This document shows positions 1-12,943 of a DNA stretch of 64,000 nucleotides, piece after piece. Within the stretch, counting starts at the first letter, position 1. Each line of letters opens with the position of its first letter. The stretch spans positions 4,836,001-4,900,000 of the forward strand of contig OX597835.1 in assembly GCA_951406725.2 (NCBI GenBank), written 5' to 3'. The position numbers and the translations under genes are program-made. The stretch comes from Octopus vulgaris (Eukaryota). The notes beneath the pieces are model-generated. The model saw only the letters and a list, made by a program, of their open reading frames with translations. It was not told where the DNA came from and made no database searches.

Positions 1-437
1 TAATATCGATTACCCCCTCTCCTCAAAATAACGCACCGAGTCTCTATTTGCTGTCCGGCAATATTTATTCAGACGCATTTTGTGATGTCAGGCGCGAAAA
101 TTCCTTAAGCTAAGCCTGAAAGCAATGAAGTCATAAAAGAATCATCCATAACTTGCAATAAGCAACATTTATTAAACTTTATTACTGTTATTTCTTTATC
201 TTCTGCAAACAAAATGCACAAAAAAGCTACACGTTTGCATTATGTTATATATACAATAATAATAAAGGACGTTACCGTATACAATTTTACAAACCAAGGA
301 CGTTATATAGACCTCCTTGACTCAAGTTAGAGAAGGGGTGCGTATTATACACAAGGTTTAGGTTTTTCAGAGGTACAGCCCCCTAAAAATCCCCTGCGCG
401 TTATACTCAAGGGCGGACTATACTCGAGGATTTACGG
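1..437. mobile_element. Tc1/mariner(pogo)-type MITE, partial copy (same family as 16156-16668)
   Basis: 37-437 is nearly identical to the 3' part of the 16156-16668 element; ends in TIR TATACTCGAGGATTTACGG followed by TA. Confidence 0.8.
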
Positions 438-771
438 TACTTTCTAATTCAGAGTAGTACTGTTTCTTATTCAATTCAATACATGATGTAAATCGTGCTT
501 ATTGAATTAAATCAACCATATAAGAAATGTGTGAAAAGACGGATTAGTGAGTGAGAGAGATAGTATTCCAAACTCACTTGTGTAATCTACCCAGTTTAAT
601 GTCCTGCTTGATCAACTCGGTTTACTATCGCTTGGCAATTATCTTCCAGTCAAACCGCACCCAATCAACGTTTGAGAAACGCCTGTTGGTTAGGTGTTAT
701 TCCGGGTCGAACTATAAAAGAAACAGTCAGGTGTATTTTCTGTTCAGATGAAATAGGTGTACAGCGAGACG

Positions 772-835
772 ATGACGCTGGCCACGCTACCGTGGTCTTG
801 TTTTATACTCTGGCTGCTGCTTGTGTCCTCTCAAG
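772..835 (+). CDS. Probable first coding exon (signal peptide) of the VWDE-like gene
   Basis: ATG 772 gives MTLATLPWSCFILWLLLVSSQ(G), a hydrophobic signal peptide with an S-Q-G cleavage pattern; acceptor ttttctgttcag at 747; donor AAG/gtattt at 836, phase 1, matching the phase-1 exons downstream. Linkage across about 30 kb is inferred. Confidence 0.6.
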
Positions 836-978
836 GTATTTGCAAACCCTTTGTTTTATTTTTTATGTTATTTTCACAATTTTTCTTTTCTTTTTCGTAT
901 ATTTGTATTACGATTTCTATAATGAATGTATACTTTAAGGCATTTATAACATGCCGTGAGTAAATGTGTGCATAAAAT

Positions 979-1044
979 GTATGTATGTATGTATGTATGT
1001 ATGCATGTATGTATACACATATATGTATGTATGTATGTATACAC

Positions 1045-1077
<33 letters not shown>

Positions 1078-1082
1078 TACAC

Positions 1083-1115
<33 letters not shown>

Positions 1116-1520
1116 TGTATGTTTGCATATGTGTATGCATATATGTGTGTGTATGTATGTATGTATGTATGTATGTATGTATACACATGTATGTATGCAT
1201 GTATGTATGTATGTATGTATGTTTGCATATGTGTATGTACATATGTGTATGTATGTATACACATGTATGTATGTATGTATGTATGTACGTATGTATATAT
1301 GTATGTTTGTATATATGTATGTATATATGCATGTACGTATACATATGCATGTATGTATGTATACACATGCATGTATGTATTTATGTATGTATACACATGT
1401 ATGTATGTATGTATGTATGTATGTATGTATGTATGTATGTATGTATGTATATATGTATGTTTGCATCTATGTATGTATATATGTGTGTGTGTATGTATGT
1501 ATGTATGTATGTATGTATGT
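979..1520. repeat. Degenerate (TATG)n microsatellite array
   Basis: Direct reading; source of the YIHT/MYVC ORFs. Confidence 0.95.
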
Positions 1521-1982
1521 CATCACTAACTAGGCAGACGTATGACCAAAGGCATTACCACTTCGATCATTTCTTTATTTCTTCGGGACTTCGAAGGGTT
1601 TCATTTTTCTCTTGTGGTATTTCCTTTAAAACGGCAGGATTCGATTTGAAGAGATTTCGTTTGTATTTCTAGCAATCCAAGCAACCACCTAGAAGCACCA
1701 AAGTTAATTTGTTCATTTAGGCGAAATGTTATGCATCGAAGTAAACGTGTGTGTGTGTGTGTGTGTGTGTGAGCGTGTGCGTGCGTGGGTGTGCGCTATG
1801 TGCTTGCGTGTGTGAGTCTATTATATGCATATATATATATATATACATGAATGCGTCTATTGTATATACGCATGAATGCACTGAAACATATTATGCTTCT
1901 GTGAACCTAAATATTTTGACTTGTAAAACGTTGATGCATCTGGCTGAATAGACCTCTGCATACCAGACGCTATACACGCAAC

Positions 1983-2363
1983 GTGGAGGCGCAATGGCCC
2001 AGTGGTTAGGGCAGCGGACTCGCGGTCATAGGATCGCGGTTTCGATTCCCAGACCGGGCGTTGTGAGTGTTTATTGAGCGAAAACACCTAAAAGCTCCAC
2101 GAGGCTCCGGCAGAGGGTGGTGGCGATCCCTGCTGTACTCTTTCACCACAACTTTCTCTCACTCTTACTTCCTGTTTCTGTTGTACCTGTATTTCAAAGG
2201 GCCGGCCTTGTCACTCTCTGTGTCACGCTGAATATCCCCGAGAACTACATTAAGGGTACACGTGTCTGTGGAGTGCTCAGCCACTTACACGTTAATTTCA
2301 CGAGCAGGCTGTTCCGTTGATTCGGATCAACCGGAACTCTCGTCGTCGTAACCGACGGAGTGC
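1983..2363 (+). mobile_element. tRNA(Arg)-like-headed SINE, full length
   Basis: A-box TGGCCCAGTGG, B-box-like GGTTTCGATTCCC; near-identical copies at 12564-12943 (-) and 63698-64000. Confidence 0.85.
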
Positions 2364-3177
2364 ATCCTTATACACGCAACACGGCTGAATAGTTAAGAAT
2401 TCCACGTCGCAATCACAAAATTACAGGTTCAATTCCACGGCGTGGTAACTTTGGCAAGTGCCTTTTGCCTTGCTTTCGGGTCAGCAGAAGACTTGTGATT
2501 AAAATTGAATCGAAGGAAACTGTGTGGAAGCCCGATGAATAAATTATATCTGCAATTCAAAGGTTCTGTCTCATCACCCATTGAATGAAGCTAATTTTGC
2601 TTGAGAATTACGTTATGGGCACACCTGTCTGTGGAATACTCAACCACTTACACCCTGATTCATTAAGCCAGTTGTTCAGTCAATTAACACATCGTCAAAA
2701 TTGATTAAGATGTATCACAAATTAAACTGGAATATTTTACAGACATTTGTATACTTCAATTAATAATTGATATGTAATGAGGATTATCTAATTAACGTTA
2801 CCCTTTCGGGCTTTGGGAAGCTCAGTTTTTCGAGGTTGGCGTTGGGGCAGTTAGTTATGTAAGCAAGTTGACCAATAATGATAGGTGTGACGGTTGTACC
2901 TAAAATTTTCTCATTAATTCGACGTATTTAGTTCCTATGCTTGTCTTAATCTCTGCTAGCTTATCTTAACTTCTTCTAGACAGCTGTTTCGCCAGTATTC
3001 TGCATACATTATTTTGTCTGACCCAAACAACATACCTGATAAGAAGCTTGCTTACCAACCACATTCTTCCGGGTTCAATCCCATGGCACTTTAGGCAAGT
3101 GTCTTCTACTATACCTTCGGGCCGACCAAAGCCTTGCGAGTGGATTTGGTTGACAGAAATTGAAAAGAAGCCCGTCG

Positions 3178-3215
<38 letters not shown>

Positions 3216-4133
3216 TCTGCAGCCAAATAACTTTACTCAAAATAACACCTTTGCAACTAAATCAGTAGAGGCAAAGATGTCTCTCCTTTACTTGACAATT
3301 TATGCACCACATAGCCGAAATCACAATCTAAGTATATGTGAAAGCAAACTCTTACAGTGTTGTGCCATTGAATTACAAATAACGCTCATCTTGTATGTTC
3401 AAGGGATTCTACAGCTTCCAAGAATACGATTGTATTCGTCTTGTCTTAGGAAAAATGACTAAATTGTAGCGATTAAGCCCCCATTAAGGGGGTCTTACTA
3501 ACTCCTAAGAAGTTGAAATTTTAGAAATATTACTTCATTTGTGTCTAATATCTATGATTAAAATTTCATCAACAGCAAAAATATATGAATTATTATGGGG
3601 GTTATGGCCTCATTTCTGCCCCCCTCACTTTCAAACATATACTGCATTACATATGCTTCTATGTCCTTATGCATAGAATATAATTTCCAAATTTCATAAA
3701 GATCCATTCAGTACTTTTGACCTAGTTTTGGATCATAAAAAATGACTAAAATTTGGGAGTTAAGGCCCCCATTAGGGGGTCTTCGAATCCTCATGAGAAG
3801 CAGAAACTTTGGGAATACTTCTTGATGTGAGTCAGTGACCTATGGTTGAAATTCCATCAACATCGGAAATTTACGGATTTTCATGGGGGGTTCTGCCCTC
3901 TTTAAGCCACCTCAAATTCAAACCAATCATACTGCATTATACCCGCCCTTATGCATTGAATCTAAGTTCCAAATATCATACGGATCCATTCAGTAATTTT
4001 GGTTCATGAAATTGTATGAAACATACACCATTACCCTTCTCCCTGGGCTTGGATTTTGTGTTCCAAATTTCATTAGGATCGGTGCATTAGTTTTCTAATC
4101 TATAAGTAACACACGAACACACATAGACATTCT

Positions 4134-4543
4134 GCGAGCTGGCAGAAACGTTAGCACGCTGGGTGAAATGCTTAGCGGTATTTCGTCTGCCGTTACGTTC
4201 TGAGTTCAAATTCCGCCGTGGTCGACTTTGTCTTTCATCCTTTCGGGGTCGATTAAATAAGTACCAGTTACGCACTGGGGGTCGATCTAATCGACTTAAT
4301 CCGTTTGTCTGTCCTTGTTTGTCCCCTCTGTGTTTAGCCCCTTGTGGGTAATAAAGAAATAGGTATTTCGTCTGCCGTTACGTTCTGAGTTCAAATTCCG
4401 CGGTGGTCGACTTTGTCTTTCATCCTTTCGGGGTCGATTAAATAAGTACCAGTTACGCACTGGGGGTCGATATAATCGACTTAATCCGTTTGTCTGTCCT
4501 TGTTTGTCCCCTCTGTGTGTAGCCCCTTGAGGGTAGTAAAGAA
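4134..4543 (+). mobile_element. tRNA-derived SINE (GAGCTGGCAGAAACGTTAGC family) with an internal tandem duplication of about 185 bp
   Basis: B-box GAGTTCAAATTCC and central CTTTCATCCTTTCGGGGTCGAT; body repeated at 4177-4361 and 4362-4543. Confidence 0.85.
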
Positions 4544-4827
4544 ATGGATATGAATATGCACATATACGTATATGTCTATGTTCGCGTGCAGAAAGATAGA
4601 TTGATAGATACAATTGAGTGGGCAAACAAAATTATGAGACACTGCTTTGAACAATTCTTTGTCAAATGAATCGACTCCTAGTGCTAATTTTTTATTTTGA
4701 TAAGCCTGGTACTTATTCTATCAGTTTCTTCTTGTGAAACCAGTAAGTTATGGGGATGCAAATAAACCAGAAGCAGCTGTCAAGCAGTGATGAGGGAGAA
4801 ACACAAGGACACGCACATAGACTTACG

Positions 4828-5114
4828 TCAGCGGACTCGCGGTTGTAGGATCGCGGTTTCGATTCCCAGACCGGGCATTGTGAATGTTTCTTGAGCGAAA
4901 ACACCTAAAGCTTCACGAAGCTCCGGCAGGGGGTGGTGGCAATCCCTGCTGTACTCTTTCGCCACAACTTTCTCTCACTCTTTCTTCTGTTGGCCTGCTC
5001 GCTTAGCCCGCGGGGTGGCGTTACTTGAAGGCCAAAAAACAATGCAAAGCGCATTGTGACCAGCGATGTGTAGCAACATCTGATAGCCTGGTCGATCACG
5101 GTGATCACGGTGAT
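4828..5114 (+). mobile_element. 5'-truncated tRNA(Arg)-like SINE with alternative 3' tail
   Basis: Head shared with 1983-2363; tail ending GATCACGGT repeats is shared with 12313-12552. Confidence 0.75.
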
Positions 5115-5606
5115 ATATACAATATATATATACATACTCAATATATATATCAATATATGTATGTATGTACGTATGTATGTATGCATGTATGTATGTATGT
5201 ATGTATGTATGTATGTATGTATGTATGTATGTATGTATGTATGTATGTATGTATGTGAGATAATAGTTTCACTTTAATAATTTCAGTATTAATAGTGAAA
5301 CTGTTAAAGTGAAAGTATGTGACGTCATAATAGAAGGGTGTCGTCCTTTCCCTTTTGACACGTAATTCTGAAATAGTGGAAGGCACAAGAGATTACTCTG
5401 GGCTCGCATTAGGCAAGAAGTTGAAATTTGGTTGGTGGGGGAGGCATGACACTAGTTGGACCCTACGTATGGCATGTGTAAAATTTAGAATGAAATCGGT
5501 TGTGTAGTTCTCGAGTTTTGGGGATTCACAGACAGACAGACATACACATTCTCATCTTTATATAGAGAGACGATAGAAGATATATATATGTATATATATG
5601 TATATA

Positions 5607-5661
<55 letters not shown>

Positions 5662-7485
5662 ATGTGTATGTGTGTGTGTGTGTATATATGTGTGTGTGTG
5701 TATACATATATATATATATATATGAATACATATAAATAGTAAAATTATCTATGATGTGTGCCCTCCGCTTAATTCAATTCAATTACATAATTAAGAAGGA
5801 AAACAAACATCTGAGATGCGCCTATGATTGCGAGAGGAGCATTATCGATTACACTTGGCTGTTATTTATATTATCGATTCTGGATGGATGAAAGGCAAAA
5901 CTAATCTTGGTGGGATTCGAAACTGAAACGTTTATGATGTAGTTAAAATACCACAGCGATACGGGCTTATACCAATCCTCCGCCACCACTATCTTCGTTC
6001 TTTCATTATTTCCCACCACCACTGTCGCCACCATCGTGTTCATCGCTCTGCTCTATTCTATCAATCCACCAAGATTTATGGCAGATCTCGATCGTCGTCC
6101 AAATGTATTCTTCTGAGCCTAACCCGAACCACTGTCCACTGACACCACAGTTTTCTTCCCCGCTCTACCGATTCTAATAGTCTTTCGCCTTCATTTCACC
6201 CGGTTTTAAGTTAGAGAATTAATTAAAATTAATTTTTAAAAAACAAACAAACAAAAACATTGTTGTAATAAAGGTTTCTGACTGAGGCGCAGGGTTAGCA
6301 ATTTTTGAAAGGAGGTGGAGTATTAATCGTTATGTAATCGATCCCAGTCCTTGACTGACTTTTTGATTTATCGACACCGAAATGATGAAAAACTAGGTTT
6401 CTCACGGTGAAAATTGAACTCACAAAATCAAGAGCCGGAGCAAACATCACAAAGCATGTCTGTAGATGCTCGAACGATTCTGCCCTACTTTAAACCCCTG
6501 AATTATAGTATGTCAAGCATTCAATTCCGGTTTCCGTAGAATTCAGCAAATGCGACATATATTCTCATGGATATAATAGATGAACTCATCAGGAGGTTGT
6601 TTGTTCCTCCCAGTTTGTCTGTTTATTATACCTGACACAATAAATATCCACAATGACACCAGAAGGCGATTACTTGGACTTTGTGGATAAACATTTACTG
6701 AAATTCCTAAGTCCTGCTTTGAACCATTTCATTTCAATGCAATTTGAAGTACGACAATTCACAAATTTTTTGTCGATTTTATATCGTAGAAAGAGTAAAA
6801 CTTTTTAACGCCGTCTTTATGGTATTTATTCGTGTCTCGTTCTCATAATTCAGAGCTTTACTTTAACATTTGCTCTTTCAGGGTCAATAAGTTAAGAGTT
6901 ACATGAGTGATTTTTATTATTTGTTTTTGTCCTTCTTAAAAAATGTTAGAGTTGTGCCTAAACAAAATATAACAACCCAGTTCACTCACTAAATATTGAG
7001 ACGAGATCTACGAATAGATTGCACCTGTATCGAGCTAGTGAGAAATGTGTGGAGCATGTCTACGATTTAAACAAACAAAAAAAAAATTACATTAATATAT
7101 TTGAATTTTCGGTCAAAAATTGGCCCAGGCCATGTCAGATTTAAGAGCACCACCTGATAGGATCTGTTAAGTAATTTTAAAGCCGAGTTTTGTGGCATCG
7201 CAGCCCTATAAAGTAGGGAATTGTTGTTCACTGAGATGTATCCAAGTATACGGGGCTTTTCTGGTACCTCCAGAAGAAATCCTTCCAGATATCGTTTGAA
7301 GAAGATGACATATTTTTCTTCTTTGATTTGTTTTGAGACTCTGTTAAATAGCACCTAACCCAAACTAAAAATTCCAAATTCGTTAAAACCTTGAAGGTAT
7401 CAGATCTCAGGTTTTTCAGTTTTCTTTTTAAGCATAGCTGTGTGAGATATCGTGTGGCAATAAAGCAGTATTAACCTAGCGAGAA

Positions 7486-7700
7486 AGGCGATGAGCTGGC
7501 AGGAACGTTAGCACGCCGGGTGAAATGTTTAGCGATATTTCGACTGTCTTTGCGTTCTGAGTTCAAATTCCGCCGCGTTCAACTTTGCCTTTCATCCTTT
7601 CGGAGTCAATAAATTAAGTACCAGTTGCGTACTGAGGTCGATCTAATCGACTGTCACCTTCCCCAAAAAATTTCGGACCTTGTGCATAGAGTAGAAAAGA
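7486..7700 (+). mobile_element. tRNA-derived SINE (GAGCTGGCAG family)
   Basis: Same head and central domain as 4134 and 14784. Confidence 0.75.
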
Positions 7701-8129
7701 ATATTAACCTAGAGACACAACAGTGGTAGAAGGTGGACTGTAAAGTAATAAAAAAAAAAAAGTTCTCACTGAACAATAGGTCACTGTTTAACAAATATTT
7801 TGACGTTTTAATGCAATAAATGCACTTAATCTGACACATGGTATATTACCATTACTTTTAGCAGAATGTAGTGTTGTAAAACCCTTCCCATCGACAATTT
7901 CAAACGATCCGAAAGAAGTGATAAGCCACGTCTTTCTTTTATTAAACAACAAGAATAAAAACGACTGAGAAACTTTAATTGTGTTAAGTTTATACAATAG
8001 CACAAAAGGATTTTAAATACATTGCTGGTAGCTGCAGGAACTTCTTTCAACTTCACCCGGCTATATACATACATTTCACACATAAATGCGTTCATGCATA
8101 CATACATGTATGTATGCTTATTATATATA

Positions 8130-8632
8130 CCCACTGCATTGGCTCTTTCTAAAGTTTCCGTGTCTAGTAGGTGCTCTGTGTGTTCGTCAAACACTGCTGT
8201 TAAATCGCTCAAGTACTTTTAGGCGATAGCGGTACACTACCCATGTTTCATACGAAAATAATAGGCATCGCTAACTTGACGTTGTTTTTCAAGCCTCTGT
8301 GCGATTAGACCCGACCCTTCAGAACGGCAAAGGCATCAGTGGCCCTTTATATTCGTGCGATGATCTCATCGTCTAAAGAGAAGTGTCGCTTGATAGTTGT
8401 TACCCGGGTGTGTAAACGTATCAGCTACCTTCAGTTTGTGGCCTTCAACGTAAGGAGCTGGCTCCAGGTATAGCAAGCCAGGAGCAGACTGGAACATTAC
8501 CACAGTTTTGTCAAGGTTCATGGTGAAACCAAACAGCTTGCACGATCATGAAAGCCTGCCCATCTGGATCGTGAAAGTCTGTCCATCCCTTGTACACTGT
8601 GTGATACAAAGTCAGAGTCATTGGCATTCAAA
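8130..8632 (-). mobile_element. Degenerate RTE-clade LINE reverse transcriptase fragment
   Basis: Minus-strand translation with frameshifts and stops: LNANDSDFVSHS (decayed YADD), CKLFGFTMNLDKTVVMFQSAPG, SLDDEIIARI*RATDAFAVL, YETWVVYR, LDTETLERA. Confidence 0.8.
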
Positions 8633-8816
8633 GATTGTATAGTCAGTGCTATTTTGGCGTGTGATTTACAACTTAAAGGGCAATTATTTTAGGTTAATTT
8701 TTTAGTTTAATTTTTTTTTCAATTTCTAAAAAGCCTGCGTTTCTAGCAGATGTTCGCTCAATTCATCACTAAAATTATCTAAATTTATATTTCAACTTTA
8801 TTATCAAATTATCAAT

Positions 8817-8982
8817 AGGCGCAGGAGTGACTGTGTGGTAAGTAGCTTGCTAACCAGCCACATGGTTCCGGGTTCAGTCCCACTGCGTGGCATCTTGGGC
8901 AAGTGTCTTCTACTATAGCCCCGGGCCGACCAATGTTTTGTGAGTGGATTTGGTAGACGGAAACTGAAAGAAGCCTGTCGTG

Positions 8983-9013
<31 letters not shown>

Positions 9014-9215
9014 TTGGGTATCATTGCTTGACAACCGATGCTGGTGTGTTTACGTCCCCGTCACCTAGCGGTTCGGCAAAAGAGACCGATAGAATAAGTA
9101 CTGGGCTTACAAAGAATAAGTCCCGGAGTCGATTTGCTCGACTAAAGGCGGTGTTCCAGCATGGGCGCAGTTAAATGACTGAAACAAGTAAAAGAGTAAA
9201 AGAGAGAGTAAAGAG
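8817..9215 (+). mobile_element. tRNA-derived SINE with central (TA/TG)n (AGGCGCAGGAGTGGCTGTGTGG family)
   Basis: B-box GGTTCAGTCCC, tail AAAAGAGT repeats; more than 10 copies in the window. Confidence 0.85.
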
Positions 9216-9389
9216 TAAATTGCTATTCAAAATTTTAATAAATTCTTTTGTACATGATTACCATTGTAAATGTATTTTTTCGAGATTCCTACTATTTCAA
9301 TAATGATAAAGCCATCTTTCATCTATGCCTTAGTAAATAATAAGCAACCAAGAATAAAAGATATAGTTAAAATAAGCGCGTAGATCACA

Positions 9390-9581
9390 CAAGATTGGCA
9401 GCCACGAATTTTGCTCCGTAAAGTTGGCAAAATTTTACCGTTTTCCCTTTTCTTCTAGCTTTCTTCATTTCTCTACACAACGATGACATGGTGTAACATC
9501 ATCTAAAAGGCCATTTCTTTGTAAAAATGCAGCTGCCTTCGTCTCGTTGCTGATCACATTGTAAAAATCTTTCGCCTACAT
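9390..9581 (-). mobile_element. Merlin/ISXO2(IS1595)-like transposase N-terminal remnant
   Basis: M*AKDFYNVISNETKAAAFLQRNGLLDDVTPCHRC then frameshifted ..ILPTLRSKIRGCQS; resembles the FLQxxGLL-CxxC..RC..C zinc-ribbon N-terminus of these transposases. Confidence 0.55.
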
Positions 9582-11340
9582 CGTAAAGGTTTTTAGAAAT
9601 TGGAAAGTAACCTCGCCCTTTGAGTTGAATCACTATGGTATAGTATGTGACAAGGCTGGAACGTTATTACGGGTATAATCCACCTGATGAGCTTCTACAC
9701 AGCTTCCGTCGACCAAATCAACTGATGGGACATTAGTCCGCTCAAGACTCTGGTTGGAGGCACTTGGCCGAGATGCCGCGCAATGGGACTGAACCCGAAA
9801 CCATGTGATTGCGAAATAAACTTTTTATATATAAGAATGAACAATAAAGCATTGAAATTTACTGAGATATTTCGAAATATTTCGGAAAAAGTCCGTTGTA
9901 TTTTTTCTTTTCTTTTTAGAAATGGGCAAAATCTCAAACGCAGGAGAGTAAATGTGAAAATAGCTTTCAGAAAATCGGGTAGAAGTACTTTTATAGACAA
10001 AATACCCTTATAGAAAAAAGCAGCCGTAGCCACTACCGATAATTGAACTCTGTAACTCTCAAATTCCTGCTGAACACTGTACCATTGACTAAAACGATCC
10101 CTGACAAAAGATAACATCCCTGTTCTTAACATTGGTGGAGTAGGTAAAGCAGTTATGACAACTTCAAAGTAAAAATACAAAATAAGTTTGTTTTTTTTGG
10201 TGGGGTGGGGGTGGGGGTGACAGTTATAAATAGTGAAGTTATTTGAAAGAAGATTATCGGGTGAGATTTACTCGTATTTCTAACACAGCCCTTTCTACTT
10301 GGCTACGGTTCAGTAAATAAGAGCTAGGTTGGGACCTACAAACAGGCGGACGACAAATAAAATGCGACATTATTCATAAAGACGACAGAGAAAAAAATAA
10401 GCAAAGAAATATAGTAAAAAAAAAAAACCCAAAAAAATTGGGACGACGACAGTTGTCATAGCAATAACTTTACTGATATTTTTCAAGCTGTTTTTGTTTT
10501 TGTCGGTATTCATGCCATATATAATTGGTTCCCAAATCTTTTATTTAAATAAGTTTTCCCACGGACACCTTTTGATATACCTATCCCTGTATGAACTTTT
10601 GAATTTAGTTCACGGACCCCCTGTAACACCTTGGTGGACCACCAGGGTCTGCTGTCCTATTGCATAAAAGTATCAATGTGAAGGGAAGGAAATGGAGGAG
10701 AATAAACAAACCTAAAAAAATAAATTTATTTTCTACACAACCACGCTTTTTAAGGAGTCTCGTCTCTCGACCTATTACGAAGAAAAGGTAAAATCTTCTT
10801 CAAGTCTGTCTTGGCTGCGGAAGAACACTGGATAATGGAAGCCTTGTTAAGCAAAACAGACGATGATTATGGCTAGAATGATCGTCTGAGTATAAGCCTA
10901 GAGAAAATTACCAATATATAAAGAGAGAATGAACTTAAGGTGTAAATTTGGACAACCGTTGTTGGATGGCGGAAGTGGAAACGCGTGGAGGCTTTATGAA
11001 TGGGCGACATGTCGACCACTGATGAAGATGACGACGATGATGATGGTGATACGGAAATGGATGGGGGTCACAACAGAGAGAGAGAGAGAGACAGACAGAG
11101 ATAGCGAAAGGGAGGAACAGAGAGATGAGAAAAGAAAGAGGGTGAGTTGAAAGCAAAGCCAGCAGGTCATATGATCCAAGTTGTCACTTATTGAACTCCG
11201 ATGCCAGGGCCTGAATGATAAAGTTGACTGAATCAGTTGAGGTCGGCGGTTCAAGTCTGATAGTTACCTAGTGTTCACCTATATAGCGAGGCATTTCCCC
11301 TTCCATGTTTTGAAGAGGTCTTACGCCAGCAGTGTTTGGC

Positions 11341-11399
11341 GGGTCTGAAGATACGCCGTAAGGCTAAACCTCTAATGAACGAGAAATGTAGGGTAACCC
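11341..11399 (+). ncRNA. Degenerate type I hammerhead ribozyme-like motif
   Basis: GGGU-CUGAAGA-uac-GCC(GUAA)GGC-UAAA-CCU...GGG-UA-ACCC: stems I and II pair, core GAAA is altered to UAAA. Confidence 0.45.
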
Positions 11400-11475
11400 C
11401 ATAAGCCGACCTCCCCCGTTATAATATTAACTGCTCTACATCTTAGAGTGTGCTTCTCCTCCAGACGAAATATAC

Positions 11476-11530
<55 letters not shown>

Positions 11531-11549
11531 ATATATATATATTATATAC

Positions 11550-11580
<31 letters not shown>

Positions 11581-11737
11581 ATCAGAGCGGATCTCAGAAT
11601 TAAACAGCCGAAATCTGCGATGAGGGATCAGTTTCTGACTGAAGAATGAAGGCTTGAATGACCCGTTTGTCTTTTTGTTCGTCTCTTCGTATATTTCACG
11701 TTATTTATATAAAGGTCTATTATATATATTATATATA

Positions 11738-11794
<57 letters not shown>

Positions 11795-11823
11795 AAAAAG
11801 GAGATGTGGAACACGAGTTGTGA

Positions 11824-12181
11824 TATATAAAAAAAGGAAATGAAGAAAATGCTGACAAAATAATTTAAGTAAGAGAGAGTGTATTTAATTAGGTGAAAGT
11901 TCTTTTTACCGGTTGCGCATTTGTTATGCTTATCAAAAGATATATTTTAAGAGAGATAGAGTTCCTTTCTGATAGATTTTTTTCTCTTATCTGACTTTAT
12001 GTTGGGTTTGCTGTTTCTTATATGTGAAAAAAAGCCTCTTTTTTCACATATAAGAAACAGCAAAAAAATATCTTTTGATAAGCATAACAAATGCGCAACC
12101 GTAAAAAGAACTTTCTCCTAATTAAATACACTCTCTCTTATATTATTTTGTAGGTATTTTCTTCATTTCCTTTATATATAT
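11824..12181. repeat. Fold-back inverted repeat next to (TA)n
   Basis: Arms about 11824-12034 and 12038-12181 around a cct loop; about 60 bp of the left arm is missing from the right arm. Confidence 0.85.
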
Positions 12182-12312
12182 ATTGTATTGTATTGGCATC
12201 CTTTCTGTCTCGGGAGACAATGGAGTTGCGCTTTTTTTTTTTCTTTTGTAGTCTAGTCCGGCTTTTATATTTCATGTCCTGATACATTTCCTGCTGTGGC
12301 TGTGTAGTCCTA

Positions 12313-12552
12313 TCGATTCCCAGGCCGGGCGTTGTGAGTGTTTCTTGAGCGAAAACACCTGAAGCTCTATGAGGCTCTGGCAGGGTGGGGGGCGATCCCT
12401 GCTGTACTCTTTCGCCACAAATTTCAGTCTTTCTTCTGTTGGCCTGCTCGCTTAGCCAGCTTCGTGGTGTCATTTGAAGGCTAAAACAATGCGAAGCGCA
12501 TTGTGACCAGCGATGTGTAGCAACATCTGATAGCCTGGTTGATCACGGTGAT
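12313..12552 (+). mobile_element. Truncated tRNA(Arg)-like SINE (alternative tail)
   Basis: Matches 4860-5114. Confidence 0.7.
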
Positions 12553-12563
12553 ATAATATGGAA

Positions 12564-12943
12564 GCACACCGTCGGTTACGACGACGAGGGTTCCGGTTGA
12601 TCCGAATCAACGGAACAGCCTGCTCGTGAAATTAACGTGTAAGTGGCTGAGCACTCCACAGACACGTGTACCCTTAACGTAGTTCTCGGGGATATTCAGC
12701 GTGACACAGAGAGTGACAAGGCCGGCCCTTTGAAATACAGGTACAACAGAAACAGGAAGTAAGAGTGAGAGAAAGTTGTGGTGAAAGAGTACAGCAGGGA
12801 TCACCACCATCCCCTGCCGGAGCCTCGTGGAGCTTTAGGTGTTTTCGCTCAATAAACACTCACAATGCCCGGTCTGGGAATCGAAACCGCGATCCTATGA
12901 CCGCGAGTCCGCTGCCCTAACCACTGGGCTATTGCGCCTCCAC
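12564..12943 (-). mobile_element. tRNA(Arg)-like SINE, full length
   Basis: Reverse complement of 1983-2363. Confidence 0.85.

Noticed and set aside
831-1672. Long ORFs of [12 protein letters not shown] type (also near 17272-17868, 38812-39243 and 57061-57453)
   Set aside because: Translations of stop-free microsatellites, open in most frames on both strands
1985-2060. tRNA-Arg-like sequence
   Set aside because: SINE head continuing into SINE body, multiple copies, imperfect acceptor stem
7067-7354. 95-aa - strand ORF and neighbouring unique sequence
   Set aside because: No recognisable motif or consistent exon structure in any frame
7826-7905. Ankyrin-like peptide IVDGKGFTTLHSAKSNGNIPCVRL on the - strand
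   Set aside because: Single isolated repeat with no convincing splice sites or neighbouring repeats; likely chance, though a BLASTx would settle it
8804-9034. Recurrent ORFs RQASFSFRLPNPL..HLPKMPRSGTEPGTMWLVSKLL
   Set aside because: Antisense translations of the SINE family, not a gene family
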